Positions 8,476 through 17,652 of a stretch of 64,000 bases of DNA are shown here, in pieces (the first letter of the stretch is position 1; each line of letters begins with the position of its first letter). A model generated the notes under the pieces. It ran no database searches, was not told the DNA's origin, and was given only the letters and a program-made list of their open reading frames with translations. Origin of the DNA: Thermomicrobiales bacterium (GTDB lineage: Bacteria; Chloroflexota; Chloroflexia; Thermomicrobiales; CFX8); the NCBI GenBank assembly GCA_039810005.1, contig JBDHWD010000004.1:785-64784 (forward strand). Direction: 5' to 3'. The position numbers were made by a program, and so were the translations under genes.

Positions 8476-10221
8476 CTACTCCTTTGGCATCGTCCTGAGC
8501 GCATCGTAGGCCGGTCGCGGCGACCAGTCGCTGTTCAGCACTGCCCACGGATACTTCTCGTCGGCCGGGTCGGTGATCACGCTGTAGTTCAGGTTCCAGA
8601 CAAACATCGGGCCGATCCATGGCCACTCGGTGCGACCGATCTCGAAGGCACGCAGGAGGTAGTTGGCCTGCATCTCGTCTGAGATCGCCGCGCCGTACTC
8701 GTAGCCGGGAGCCTCGTTCGCTGTCGACCAGCCAAACTCGGTCAGCCAGATGCGCTTGCCACTGTCTCCCCAGCGCACCATGATGTCACGCAGATCCTCG
8801 ACGCGCCGGAAGTAGAACGAGTTGTCGTTGTCCCAGCCATCGGTTCCCGGGTTGTCCGGCCACGATTGATCCGGCGAGTTGTCGTTGCTGCCGGGATGTG
8901 CGCCCAGCGCATCGAAGTAGTTGGAGAGCGCGCCACCGGTGTACTCGTACGCGCGTTGCAGATACAGATCGTCGGCGATCGCGATGTCCGGCTTGTCGAG
9001 CCCGTTCGGTGTCAGCGCGCCGAACAGCACCCAGGCCGACGGATCGCCGGCACGCACGCCGTCGTGGCCCGCCTTGAGCAGCTCGACATAGGGGCCGACC
9101 TGAACCCAGCCTCCGCTGTTGGATGCCAGGTTCTGCTCATTCCAGATCTCCCAGGCCTGCACCTTGCCCTTGTAGCGGCCCGAGAGGAACTCCATGAGAT
9201 CGCGGAAGTGCGCAGTGTCGGTCGGGATGTCGCCATTGACACCGGCCCAGCCGGGGCTCGGCCCGACGACGCTGACGAGGAGCTTGATGCCGGCGGCGCT
9301 GGTCTGGGCGGTGATCCGGTCCAGACCGATCGGGTCATAAAGACCGGGGCCGACGTGCTCCAGCGAGTCCCAGCGGGCCTGAAAATGAACCCACTCGAAG
9401 CCGGCCGCCTTGACCATCTCGATGGTCTTCGCGTTGAACGCCGTCGCTTCGGGGCTGCCGTCGCCTGCCAGGAACGCGTTGAAGCCCGGTGCGGCCTGTG
9501 CAGCCTCGGCGCGGCCGCTGGTCGGATCTACAGGTGGGGCGTTCGGGTCCTGTCGCGCGACAGCATCGGCTGGCGCGGGGTGGGCGACGAGATACTCGGA
9601 ACCGAGCAGGCCGAGCAGCGTTTCGTACTGCGTTCCGGCGTACTCCGGGTGGTATTCAAAGCGTGTGCGCTCGAAGTACTGGACGGTGTGAATCTCGCCG
9701 TCACCGGCTGGTGGTGGCTGGTTGCGCTCGTCAAATTCTTCCGAGATCGGGAAGCCGAAGTTCGGCAGACCACCATGATCCTGCCAGTACGAGCGGAAGC
9801 CGAAGCAGAGGCGGTGGCCAGTCTCCGCATAGAACGTGCAGTTCTCGTCGGAATCAGTCTGGATCGGCTTGAAGGCCGCTTCGTTCTCGCGCCCTTCGGC
9901 GCGTATCGCGCCGAGGCGCTGGAGCAGGACTTCGTACTCGGTCCCGGCGTACTCCGGGTGATACTCAAAGATGGCGCGCTCGAAATATTGCTTCCAGAGG
10001 CCGTTGTCCATGAAGATACCGGTGATGGGGTAGCCAAAGATGTAGAGGCCGCCGTGCGTCTCCCAGTACTCGCGGAAGCTGCCCTGCAACCAGTAGCCGG
10101 TTGTGTCGAAATAGACGGGCTGGCGGAGATCAGCTGCCTCTGCCGAGCGCTGCGGTGGCGCGGAGATCGTTAGTGCACCAGCGAGCATCAACACGGCAAG
10201 CAGCGATGAGAACAACCTCAC
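8476..10221 (-). CDS. Secreted clan GH-A (GH5/GH39-like) glycoside hydrolase with two N-terminal Chloroflexi-type surface repeats
   Basis: Signal peptide (VRLFSSLLAVLMLAGA...AEA); two YFxxTG...GG...FGxPI...QYFER repeats; catalytic WEIWNEQN and WLTEFGW; GTG start at 10221. Confidence 0.85.
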   Translation of the reverse strand: MRLFSSLLAVLMLAGALTISAPPQRSAEAADLRQPVYFDTTGYWLQGSFREYWETHGGLYIFGYPITGIFMDNGLWKQYFERAIFEYHPEYAGTEYEVLLQRLGAIRAEGRENEAAFKPIQTDSDENCTFYAETGHRLCFGFRSYWQDHGGLPNFGFPISEEFDERNQPPPAGDGEIHTVQYFERTRFEYHPEYAGTQYETLLGLLGSEYLVAHPAPADAVARQDPNAPPVDPTSGRAEAAQAAPGFNAFLAGDGSPEATAFNAKTIEMVKAAGFEWVHFQARWDSLEHVGPGLYDPIGLDRITAQTSAAGIKLLVSVVGPSPGWAGVNGDIPTDTAHFRDLMEFLSGRYKGKVQAWEIWNEQNLASNSGGWVQVGPYVELLKAGHDGVRAGDPSAWVLFGALTPNGLDKPDIAIADDLYLQRAYEYTGGALSNYFDALGAHPGSNDNSPDQSWPDNPGTDGWDNDNSFYFRRVEDLRDIMVRWGDSGKRIWLTEFGWSTANEAPGYEYGAAISDEMQANYLLRAFEIGRTEWPWIGPMFVWNLNYSVITDPADEKYPWAVLNSDWSPRPAYDALRTMPKE

Positions 10222-10259
10222 GGACAATCCCTTCGATCTGCGGCAGCGGAGCGTCAGTT

Positions 10260-12710
10260 TCACTTCCTGTCGGCACGGGTTTGTGATCGTATCACAGCGC
10301 GTCCCACGGGCCAGCGCGGCTGGATAACCGACCAGGCGCCGAGACCAACGATAGCCAGCAACGAGACGAGCGTCATGAATGTACCAAGCGTGCGGTGCGT
10401 CGAGCGATAGGTGAAGACAACGTCGTGCGTACCTTCCGACAGCCAGACAGCGCGCAGCGCGTGGTCTGCCCGCACGACTTCGGCAGCAGCGCCATCGACC
10501 GTCGCCGACCAGCCGGGATAATACGGATCGGCCAGGACAAGGTAGCCGGCGGTCGGCAACGATGCGCGGACGACGACGCGTGTGTTGCCATACTCGACGA
10601 TGTCGGCGCTACCGCCCGTGGCTGGCGCGCTGGAGGTCAATCCCTCAACCGGCGGGTCGCTGACCACGACCGTGTCGCGGAGCGAACCGGCGTTGGTCGT
10701 CATCCACGACAGCACATGCTCGTCAGGCTGTGCGACCCAGTGCTCTGCAATCCAGACGCGCGGCATCGCGTCCGTGTTCTCGTAGATTTGCATCCAGCCA
10801 TCCATCGCCAACTGGAATCCCGACAGATCGAAGCCTGGATAGAGCTCGGCCAGCGGGCGCGTGACCGGCACGTAGCGGATGTTGAGCAGGTCGTAGATCG
10901 GCGAGCCCGGATTGCCGACGGCCAGATTGAAAAGCTCCTGATATTCCAGCGGCCAGAGGACGCTATAGCCGTTGATGCTCTGCAGGTCCCAAACGAGCGA
11001 GCCATTGATCCAGATTGAGCCAGCTTGATCGGGATAGATACGGAACTGATCCGGCTCGGCCGCAGTCTGACGGTCAAGCAACCAGCGGACGAACGGGTCC
11101 TCCGGCGCTGCGGCCCAGTCGGGCCCGATGTACGAGTCCGGCTTGCTCGCGTGATCGGCGTAGACGCGGTTGGCGTTGGCCAGCCCGACGTCAGCCCCGA
11201 CGATCATGACCAGCGCGATGACCAGCGCCGAAGCCGGGAAGCGCCAGATGACGCGGGCGTAGACGACGACAATCGCCAGCAGCGCCACGACAATGGCGAC
11301 GAGCAGGTCGATCTCAATGTTGCGCAGCCGATCGAGCCAGACTGCCTCGTCAGCGCCGTTACGCCGTAGCGCGGCGAATGCGAGCCCGAGGACGAGCAAC
11401 CCAGTTCCGACCAGCAGGAATCGGCCCAGCATCCGCGCTGCCAGAACACCATCGGCGCGATAGCGCTCCTCGAGAGCGCGGACGCCGAAGGCGGCCAGCA
11501 GACCGATGCACAGCGTGACAAGGGCAATGAAGTTGCCGGGCCGGCGAACATGATCGAAGCCGGGCATGATCTCGAAGACGAGCCGATAGATCAGGCCGTG
11601 GCTACCGAACGCCAGCACCAGGCTGATCGCTCCAGCCGCGAGAATGCCGCCAACCAGTCGACGATGCTGGCGGTCAGCACACGCAACGCCGAGGACGGCC
11701 AGGAAGAGCGGGACGAGACCGAGGTACATGTTCGTCTCGGCCGGATCGCCGGTCGCCCAGTAGAGCGCCGGATCGTTCGGTGAGAAGTAATCCGGCGCGA
11801 TGGCCGTCAGTAGCCAGAGGGGCCTGAATGACGAGCCGCTAGCCTCGACCCAGCTCAGACCGGCGCGCGATGTCTGGCTGCTCAGCTCCCAGGATGGCAG
11901 CAGCTGAATGGCAGCCAGCCCGGTTCCGAGCAAGCCAACAGCGACCGCTGCGCCAAACGCCCAGGCGGCGCGGCGCGGGTCATTGCGCCAGGTGAATAGC
12001 GCGACCGTCACGCCCAGCAAGCCAAGCAGATAGCCAGATTGCAGGATGGTGAGCGCATGACCGGCAAGAACGAGCATGCCGAAGGCACCTGCCCCGAGCG
12101 CGACCCAGAGCAGATTCCGGCGGCGGACTGCCTGGTGATAGGCGAAGAGCATCCAGGGCAGCCAGCTGAGCGACGACAGCGGCGACAGGTGTGGCACATG
12201 CCAGGCGAAGAAGCCCCCGAACGCAAACGTGAGTCCCGCTACCAGCCCACCGGCCCGCGAGCCGGTCAGCGAGCGAGCCAGCGCATACGCGCCAAGCGCC
12301 GCCCAGAGGACGTGCAGCGTGAGCTGCACCTCCATACGGAAATACGGCAGAAAGTCGCCGCGCGTCAGGAAGTGCATCGCAGCGTTCGGCGGGTAGAAGA
12401 GCGCCGAGAGCGGATCGGCGATGATCGGATAGCCGCTGAGGATGTTGGGTGTCCACCATGGCGAGTCACCAGCCGCAAGCGCGCGGTGAATGAATGCCTG
12501 GAACATGTAGTGCTGGTCGATCAGGTCGAACGGGATGAAATGGTCACGCGAGATGAGGACCGGGCGGAAGAACAGGAGCCAGAAGAGAATCAGCAACGCA
12601 ACATCGAGCGCAGTCAGGCCGATTGCGCGCATCGGGAAGCGCGACGCCGGCGGGTCATCGCCAGCCTCACGCCGGGGAATTCGCTGGTAACGCTCGGCAG
12701 GATAGCTCAA
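10260..12710 (-). CDS. YfhO-family multi-pass membrane protein (GT-C-type glycosyltransferase)
   Basis: FDLIDQHY, PWWTPNILSGYPIIADP...FYPPN, many TM helices, QLLPSWE, INGYS, LLNIRY, LVLADPYYPGWSATVDG...ALRAVWLSEGTHDVVFTY. Start uncertain (12710 TTG or 12632 ATG). Confidence 0.85.
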   Translation of the reverse strand: MSYPAERYQRIPRREAGDDPPASRFPMRAIGLTALDVALLILFWLLFFRPVLISRDHFIPFDLIDQHYMFQAFIHRALAAGDSPWWTPNILSGYPIIADPLSALFYPPNAAMHFLTRGDFLPYFRMEVQLTLHVLWAALGAYALARSLTGSRAGGLVAGLTFAFGGFFAWHVPHLSPLSSLSWLPWMLFAYHQAVRRRNLLWVALGAGAFGMLVLAGHALTILQSGYLLGLLGVTVALFTWRNDPRRAAWAFGAAVAVGLLGTGLAAIQLLPSWELSSQTSRAGLSWVEASGSSFRPLWLLTAIAPDYFSPNDPALYWATGDPAETNMYLGLVPLFLAVLGVACADRQHRRLVGGILAAGAISLVLAFGSHGLIYRLVFEIMPGFDHVRRPGNFIALVTLCIGLLAAFGVRALEERYRADGVLAARMLGRFLLVGTGLLVLGLAFAALRRNGADEAVWLDRLRNIEIDLLVAIVVALLAIVVVYARVIWRFPASALVIALVMIVGADVGLANANRVYADHASKPDSYIGPDWAAAPEDPFVRWLLDRQTAAEPDQFRIYPDQAGSIWINGSLVWDLQSINGYSVLWPLEYQELFNLAVGNPGSPIYDLLNIRYVPVTRPLAELYPGFDLSGFQLAMDGWMQIYENTDAMPRVWIAEHWVAQPDEHVLSWMTTNAGSLRDTVVVSDPPVEGLTSSAPATGGSADIVEYGNTRVVVRASLPTAGYLVLADPYYPGWSATVDGAAAEVVRADHALRAVWLSEGTHDVVFTYRSTHRTLGTFMTLVSLLAIVGLGAWSVIQPRWPVGRAVIRSQTRADRK

Positions 12711-12725
12711 GCGTCTGCGCCTGGT

Positions 12726-12776
12726 TGGTCGTGGCGCGGAGCGGCAGCATGCTGCCACTCCGCTGGTCGCCGACCA
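12726..12776. promoter_or_regulatory. Intercistronic stem-loop between the GH lipoprotein and YfhO-like genes
   Basis: GCGGAGCGGCAGC-at-GCTGCCACTCCGC (12736-12763; the single mismatch is a G-U pair on the minus-strand RNA), plus outer TGGTCG/CGACCA. Confidence 0.55.
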
Positions 12777-12785
12777 TCACGAAGC

Positions 12786-14102
12786 TCAGGGCTTCGGCAT
12801 CGCCCGCAGGGCGTCATAGGCTGGGCGTGGTGAGAAGTCACCATTGACCACCGACCACGGGTACTTTTCGTCGTCCGGCTCGGTGACAACCGAGAAGTTC
12901 AGGTTCCAGACGAACAACCCCTCACACCATTCGGCCCAGTCGGTGCGAGCAATCTCGAACGCGCGCACCAGATACTCGGCCTGCTGCTCTTCGCTGACAT
13001 CTGCGCCGTACTCGTAACCAGCGGCCTGGTTATCGGTCGTCCAGCCGAACTCGGTGATCCAGGCCGGGCGCGTATCGCCGAATTCCGTCATCAGGTCGTG
13101 CAGCTGCTCGACGCGCCGGAAGTAGAAGCTGGCGTCCTGCGACCAGTCGCCAGTGCCCGGATTGTCTGGATACATCAGGTCCGGCGCATTGTTCGTCGCG
13201 TTGGCGTGCATGCCCATGACATCAAAGTACTGAGTGTACGACCCACCCTGGTACTCGTAAAACGAGCGCAGGTATTCGACATCGTCAATGGCAACTGCCG
13301 GATCGTTGACGCCGGTCGGAGTCAGGCCGCCGAAGACAACGAGCGCCGATGAATCTGCCGCCTTGACGCCCTGATAGCCGGCCTGCAACAGCTCGGCATA
13401 CTGGCCGACATCCACATTGCCGCCGAAGGTACTAGCGAGGTTCTGCTCGTTCCAGATCTCCCACGCCTGAACCTTGCCCTTGTAGCGATCAGCCATGAAG
13501 AACATGAAGTTCTGCCAGTCAGCGACGTTACCGACGAGCTGCTCGCCGCTCGGGTCCTTCGCCCAGTCGGGCGGATTCGACACGGTGGCGAGGATCTTCA
13601 CGCCGGCGGCTGAGTACTGATCGACGATGTTGTCAATCGGCAGCGGGTCCCACCAGTCCGGCGCGCGCTGGATCGCGCCCCAGTAGAAGTGCAAGCGCAC
13701 CCAGTTGAAGCCAGCATCCTGGACGAGAGCGATCGTCTCCTGGTTGTGCTGGATCTCGGACTCGTTACCCCAGGCAAAGACGTTGAAGCCGTAGGCGACA
13801 TCATCCGGGGCGACCGGCGCATCGACCGGCTCCGACGTCGCGGCAGTCGTCGGGCTCGCCTCAGCCGGTTGCGTTGCTTCGGCGCTATCCTCAGTCGCTG
13901 TCGCCTCGCCCGTCGGCTCAGCAGCGGTCGTTGAGGTCGCTTCTGCTTCCGCTTCTGTTGCCGCTGGTGAGGACTGTTCAGCGACCGTCGGCTCAGCCGT
14001 CGCAGTCGGATCGTCGTCACCACCACCGCAAGCAGCAATCGCCGGAATCAGGAGCATCGCGGCAAACATAATCAGCGCCGCACGACGCAGATTGATCGAC
14101 AT
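12786..14102 (-). CDS. Lipoprotein clan GH-A (GH5/GH39-like) glycoside hydrolase with Ala/Thr/Glu/Pro linker
   Basis: Lipobox IAAC-GGG after MSINLRRAALIMFAAMLL; low-complexity linker; WEIWNEQN and WITEFGW; GGGAG SD before ATG 14102. Confidence 0.87.
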   Translation of the reverse strand: MSINLRRAALIMFAAMLLIPAIAACGGGDDDPTATAEPTVAEQSSPAATEAEAEATSTTAAEPTGEATATEDSAEATQPAEASPTTAATSEPVDAPVAPDDVAYGFNVFAWGNESEIQHNQETIALVQDAGFNWVRLHFYWGAIQRAPDWWDPLPIDNIVDQYSAAGVKILATVSNPPDWAKDPSGEQLVGNVADWQNFMFFMADRYKGKVQAWEIWNEQNLASTFGGNVDVGQYAELLQAGYQGVKAADSSALVVFGGLTPTGVNDPAVAIDDVEYLRSFYEYQGGSYTQYFDVMGMHANATNNAPDLMYPDNPGTGDWSQDASFYFRRVEQLHDLMTEFGDTRPAWITEFGWTTDNQAAGYEYGADVSEEQQAEYLVRAFEIARTDWAEWCEGLFVWNLNFSVVTEPDDEKYPWSVVNGDFSPRPAYDALRAMPKP

Positions 14103-14228
14103 GAAATCGGGACTCCCCACGCTCACAAACGAGTGATTCGCACAGTGCTGTCCGTACAGAGACGGACGCCGGAGTATACCGAAGCCTGCCGAGAGCTGGA
14201 CGCGGGAGGTGGGGATGTGACTGCAGGA

Positions 14229-14416
14229 GTACTGTGGTTCCAAAAATGTAGGGGCGTATCGCATACGCCCGGTTAGACCGCTACTACCTCCGCGCGTGCC
14301 GGACGGGTTGGCCGGTGCAGGGGTGTGTGCAATGCGGACGCATGCCGCGCGCCTGCGCCGCCGTTGTGCCAGCCGGGCGTATGCGATACGCCCCTACATT
14401 TCCGTGACCGCAGTAC
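14229..14416. repeat. Inverted pair of GTAG-type REP sequences (REPIN/BIME-like doublet)
   Basis: GTAGGGGCGTATCGCATACGCCC at 14248-14270 and its exact reverse complement at 14375-14397; each has a GGGCGTAT-cgc-ATACGCCC hairpin; flanks also partly inverted. Confidence 0.85.
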
Positions 14417-14459
14417 GCAAACGCTGTTTGAGTAACCAACCAGCGCATCGAGCAGTGAT

Positions 14460-15320
14460 TCAGGCTTGTGAGTCATCGGCCTCCAGCGCTGCAATCACCT
14501 CGCGTGACATGGCGAAGCCGTGTTCCTGTTCGGGGAATTGACCGGCGCGGACTTCGGCTGCGTAGGTCGCGAAGGCATCGCGCATCGTTGTCGCCAGATC
14601 GGCGTAGCGCTTGGCGAAGCGCGGGATGAAGCGGTCGAACGAGCCGAGCAGATCGCCATTGACCAGTACCTGCCCGTCGCACTCGACGCCTGCGCCGATT
14701 CCGATGGTCGGGATCGACAGGCGCGAGGTGATGATGCGGGCCAGTTGCCGTGGTACGGCCTCGACGACGACAGCGTAGGCGCCTGCTGCCTCGACGGCCA
14801 GAGCGTCGTCAATCACGCCGCGTGCGGCATCGAGCGAACGGCCCTGCACCTTGAAGCCGCCCAGCGCGGCGGAAGCCTGCGGCGTCAGGCCGATGTGCGC
14901 CATGACCGGGATACCGCAGCGAACGATCGCCTCGATGCGGCTGGCCATTGTCTTGCCGCCTTCGAGCTTAACGGCGTCCGCACCGCCCTCCTTCATCAGC
15001 CGACCGGCGTTTTCAACCGCCTGTGCCTTGCTGACGTGATAGGACATGAATGGCAGATCGGCGACAACATGCACCGTCTCAACCCCACGCATGACAGCGC
15101 GGGTGTGATGGATCATGTCGTCCATCGTTACCGGGATCGTCGACTCGTAGCCCAGAACGATCATGCCGAGTGAGTCGCCGACGAGGATGGCGTCGAGACC
15201 GGCCGCCTCGACGGCGCGGGCGGTCGGGTAATCGTAGGCGGTCACCATCGCGATCCGCTCAGAACCTTTCATCGCGCGGAGCGCAGGGGCAGTGATCTTC
15301 TCGCGTTGTGCTTCAGCCAT
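14460..15320 (-). CDS. panB: 3-methyl-2-oxobutanoate hydroxymethyltransferase
   Basis: MVTAYD, ILVGDSLG, ADLPFMSY, AVKLEGG, HIGLTPQ, PTIGIGAG, DGQVLV; GAGGAG SD before ATG 15320. Confidence 0.97.
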   Translation of the reverse strand: MAEAQREKITAPALRAMKGSERIAMVTAYDYPTARAVEAAGLDAILVGDSLGMIVLGYESTIPVTMDDMIHHTRAVMRGVETVHVVADLPFMSYHVSKAQAVENAGRLMKEGGADAVKLEGGKTMASRIEAIVRCGIPVMAHIGLTPQASAALGGFKVQGRSLDAARGVIDDALAVEAAGAYAVVVEAVPRQLARIITSRLSIPTIGIGAGVECDGQVLVNGDLLGSFDRFIPRFAKRYADLATTMRDAFATYAAEVRAGQFPEQEHGFAMSREVIAALEADDSQA

Positions 15321-16284
15321 CTGGTGATTCCTCCTCGGTCGTCGGCGGCTGCTCGCGTCGGGCAGCGCGCTCGCGGTTATGCACAAGCACGGTCAGCAGA
15401 CGGTTGAGCGGCGTCGCGACGCCCAGCTCAGCGCCCAGGCGCGTGACCGCGCCATTGATCGAATCTATTTCGGTCCGTCGGCAGTTGCGGACATCCTGCA
15501 GCATCGACGAGTAGTTCGTCGCCGTGTCGCGCATGACCTTGCGTGCATACGCCAGGTGGTCATGCGTGCCAACCGGCACACCGGCGGCGCGCATAACGTT
15601 CACTGATTCGTCGACGAGCTGAGCGATAACCGGCTGAAGCTCTGGATCATCGAGCAGCTCGCCGTTGCGCAGGCCGGTCAGCGCCGTCAGCGCGTTGATC
15701 GCGACGTTGACGATGAGCTTGTCCCAGATCGCGGTGTGGATATTTTCGGCGACTGTCGTCTCGAATCCGGCACGGGTGAGCGCCCGGCTGATCGGTGTCA
15801 GGTCGAAGCGGCGGTTGCCTGGTTGAGCCGGATCGCCAATCATGGTTGCGCCCTTGCCGGTGTGACGCAGTCGGCCGGGACCGAGCAGCGCAGCACCGTG
15901 CGCGGTGGTGCCGAGGATGATGCGTTCGTGACCGGGCAGCGCGGCGCGGATGAGATCGAGATTGCCGAGGCCGTTCTGCAGCGACAGCACGAACGTGTCG
16001 GCCGGCAGGCGAGCGGCAAACGGTCTCAGCGCCGATGCTGTGTGATAGCTCTTGACGAAGACAAGAACCAGGTCGACGCCATCGAGAGCGGGAGGCGTCG
16101 TCGTCGCCGGAATCCGAAAGCGCAGGATCGAGTCATCGTATTCGGTTATCAGGATGCCGGATCGCTCAATCGCGGCGACGTGCTCATCCCAGGTGTCGTA
16201 GAGGGTGACGTGATGGCCGGTAACGGCGAGCCGTGTACCAATCAACCCACCCATCGCCCCTGCGCCGATGACGACAATCCGCAT
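15313..16284 (-). CDS. panE: 2-dehydropantoate 2-reductase
   Basis: GAGAMG, VKSY, LQNGLG, WDKLIVNVAINALTAL, SSMLQD, TEIDSING. Confidence 0.95.
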   Translation of the reverse strand: MRIVVIGAGAMGGLIGTRLAVTGHHVTLYDTWDEHVAAIERSGILITEYDDSILRFRIPATTTPPALDGVDLVLVFVKSYHTASALRPFAARLPADTFVLSLQNGLGNLDLIRAALPGHERIILGTTAHGAALLGPGRLRHTGKGATMIGDPAQPGNRRFDLTPISRALTRAGFETTVAENIHTAIWDKLIVNVAINALTALTGLRNGELLDDPELQPVIAQLVDESVNVMRAAGVPVGTHDHLAYARKVMRDTATNYSSMLQDVRNCRRTEIDSINGAVTRLGAELGVATPLNRLLTVLVHNRERAARREQPPTTEEESPDG

Positions 16285-17519
16285 TAGCCCGACTCCTGGA
16301 GATCAAAGAACCGTAGCGCCGCCCCAGCGTAGGTGCGGGCGTAGCGCACTACCTCATCGAGCGCGATCCACTCATCAGCCTGATGCGGCAGAGTCGTCGC
16401 TCCGGGGCCGTAGGTGACGAGCGGAAGGCGCGTTGCGGCCCAGAAGATCGTACCGTCCGTCGAGCCGGGAACCCCACCGAATGGCGGCGTCTCGCCAGTC
16501 TCGGCTTTGTGCGCGTCACTGACGGCGGCGACAATCGCTGCATCGGGGGACGTCTCGGTCGCCGGGCGATCGTCGAGCCATTCAATCGCCATTCCGGCGC
16601 CGGGAATGCGCTGCGCAGCACGTTGCAAACGCTCAGCTATGAGCGCCCGGAGCTCGGCGTGGTTGTGGTCTGCAGTGGTGCGGACGTCCAGCAGCAGCTC
16701 CGCGGCGGACGGGATGACGTTCGCCTGCGCCGGCTCGCCAGCCAGAGCAACGGTCGGCGTCAGCGAGAAGTGACCCAGCAGGGAATGTGGCAGGCTGGCA
16801 GAGCGCACCTCCTGCTCGATCCGGCGGCACTCGACGACGACCTCACCGAGGGCGGCCACCGGGTTGATACCCTGCTCGGGCATGCAGCCGTGCGCCATCC
16901 GGCCGTGCAGCGTCACACGCGCGCGAAGTGCACCTTTCTGGGCGATGCAGAGGCGATCGCCTTCCGGCTCGCAGATGATCGCGGCAGCAACGCCATCAAG
17001 CTCACCATCGGCGACGAACGCCTTCGCGCCGGTCATCATGCCCTCTTCATCAACGAGAACCGCCAGGCGGACGGTGCCGCCGTACTCGCAGCCGGAGAGC
17101 TGCAATGCCCGCGCGGCGAAGAGCATGGCGACGAGGCCGCCCTTCATATCACACGCGCCGCGCCCATACAGCCGACCATCGACGATCGCAGCACCGAATG
17201 GATCGACCGACCAGGCCGACCGATCTCCGGCGGTCACGACATCGGTGTGGCCCTCGAGCACCAGCACCGGCCCGGGTCTACGACCCGGCAGATCAACCAC
17301 GAGATTCGGGCGACCGGGCGCGACCTCGCGGCGGCGGTAGCCCATCCCCCAGCTATCGAGCAGATCGGCGACGAAATCAGCCGCGGCACGCTCGTTGCCG
17401 TCAAGTCGGTCAGGGTCGTAGACGCTGCGGATGCGCACCAGCTGCTCTAGCGTCTTGACCAGCGCCTGCTCGTCGATCATTCGCTGGGCAGCCGAAATGC
17501 GATCTGTGAGTGCGGTCAT
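16284..17519 (-). CDS. M20 family metallo-amidohydrolase (ArgE/DapE-like)
   Basis: EGHTDVV, GRGACDMKGG, VDEEG, ICEP, HGRMAHG, GSTDG, PHQADE; stop overlaps the panE start (TAATG). Confidence 0.9.
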   Translation of the reverse strand: MTALTDRISAAQRMIDEQALVKTLEQLVRIRSVYDPDRLDGNERAAADFVADLLDSWGMGYRRREVAPGRPNLVVDLPGRRPGPVLVLEGHTDVVTAGDRSAWSVDPFGAAIVDGRLYGRGACDMKGGLVAMLFAARALQLSGCEYGGTVRLAVLVDEEGMMTGAKAFVADGELDGVAAAIICEPEGDRLCIAQKGALRARVTLHGRMAHGCMPEQGINPVAALGEVVVECRRIEQEVRSASLPHSLLGHFSLTPTVALAGEPAQANVIPSAAELLLDVRTTADHNHAELRALIAERLQRAAQRIPGAGMAIEWLDDRPATETSPDAAIVAAVSDAHKAETGETPPFGGVPGSTDGTIFWAATRLPLVTYGPGATTLPHQADEWIALDEVVRYARTYAGAALRFFDLQESG

Positions 17520-17652
17520 CGTGGTGGACTCAATCGCGGGGACATGGGCGATGCACCTCATTCCGTCCGGCAATTCGCGGTATGGTAGCACGACACCTGC
17601 GAGTACACTGATTATGGTGATCAATCGAGAGACACCAGGGTGGAGAGAAAGC

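Noticed and set aside
13820-14020. Repetitive Ala/Thr/Glu/Pro coding stretches (also about 27230-27370 and 60390-60540)
   Set aside because: Ordinary low-complexity lipoprotein linkers, not DNA repeat elements.
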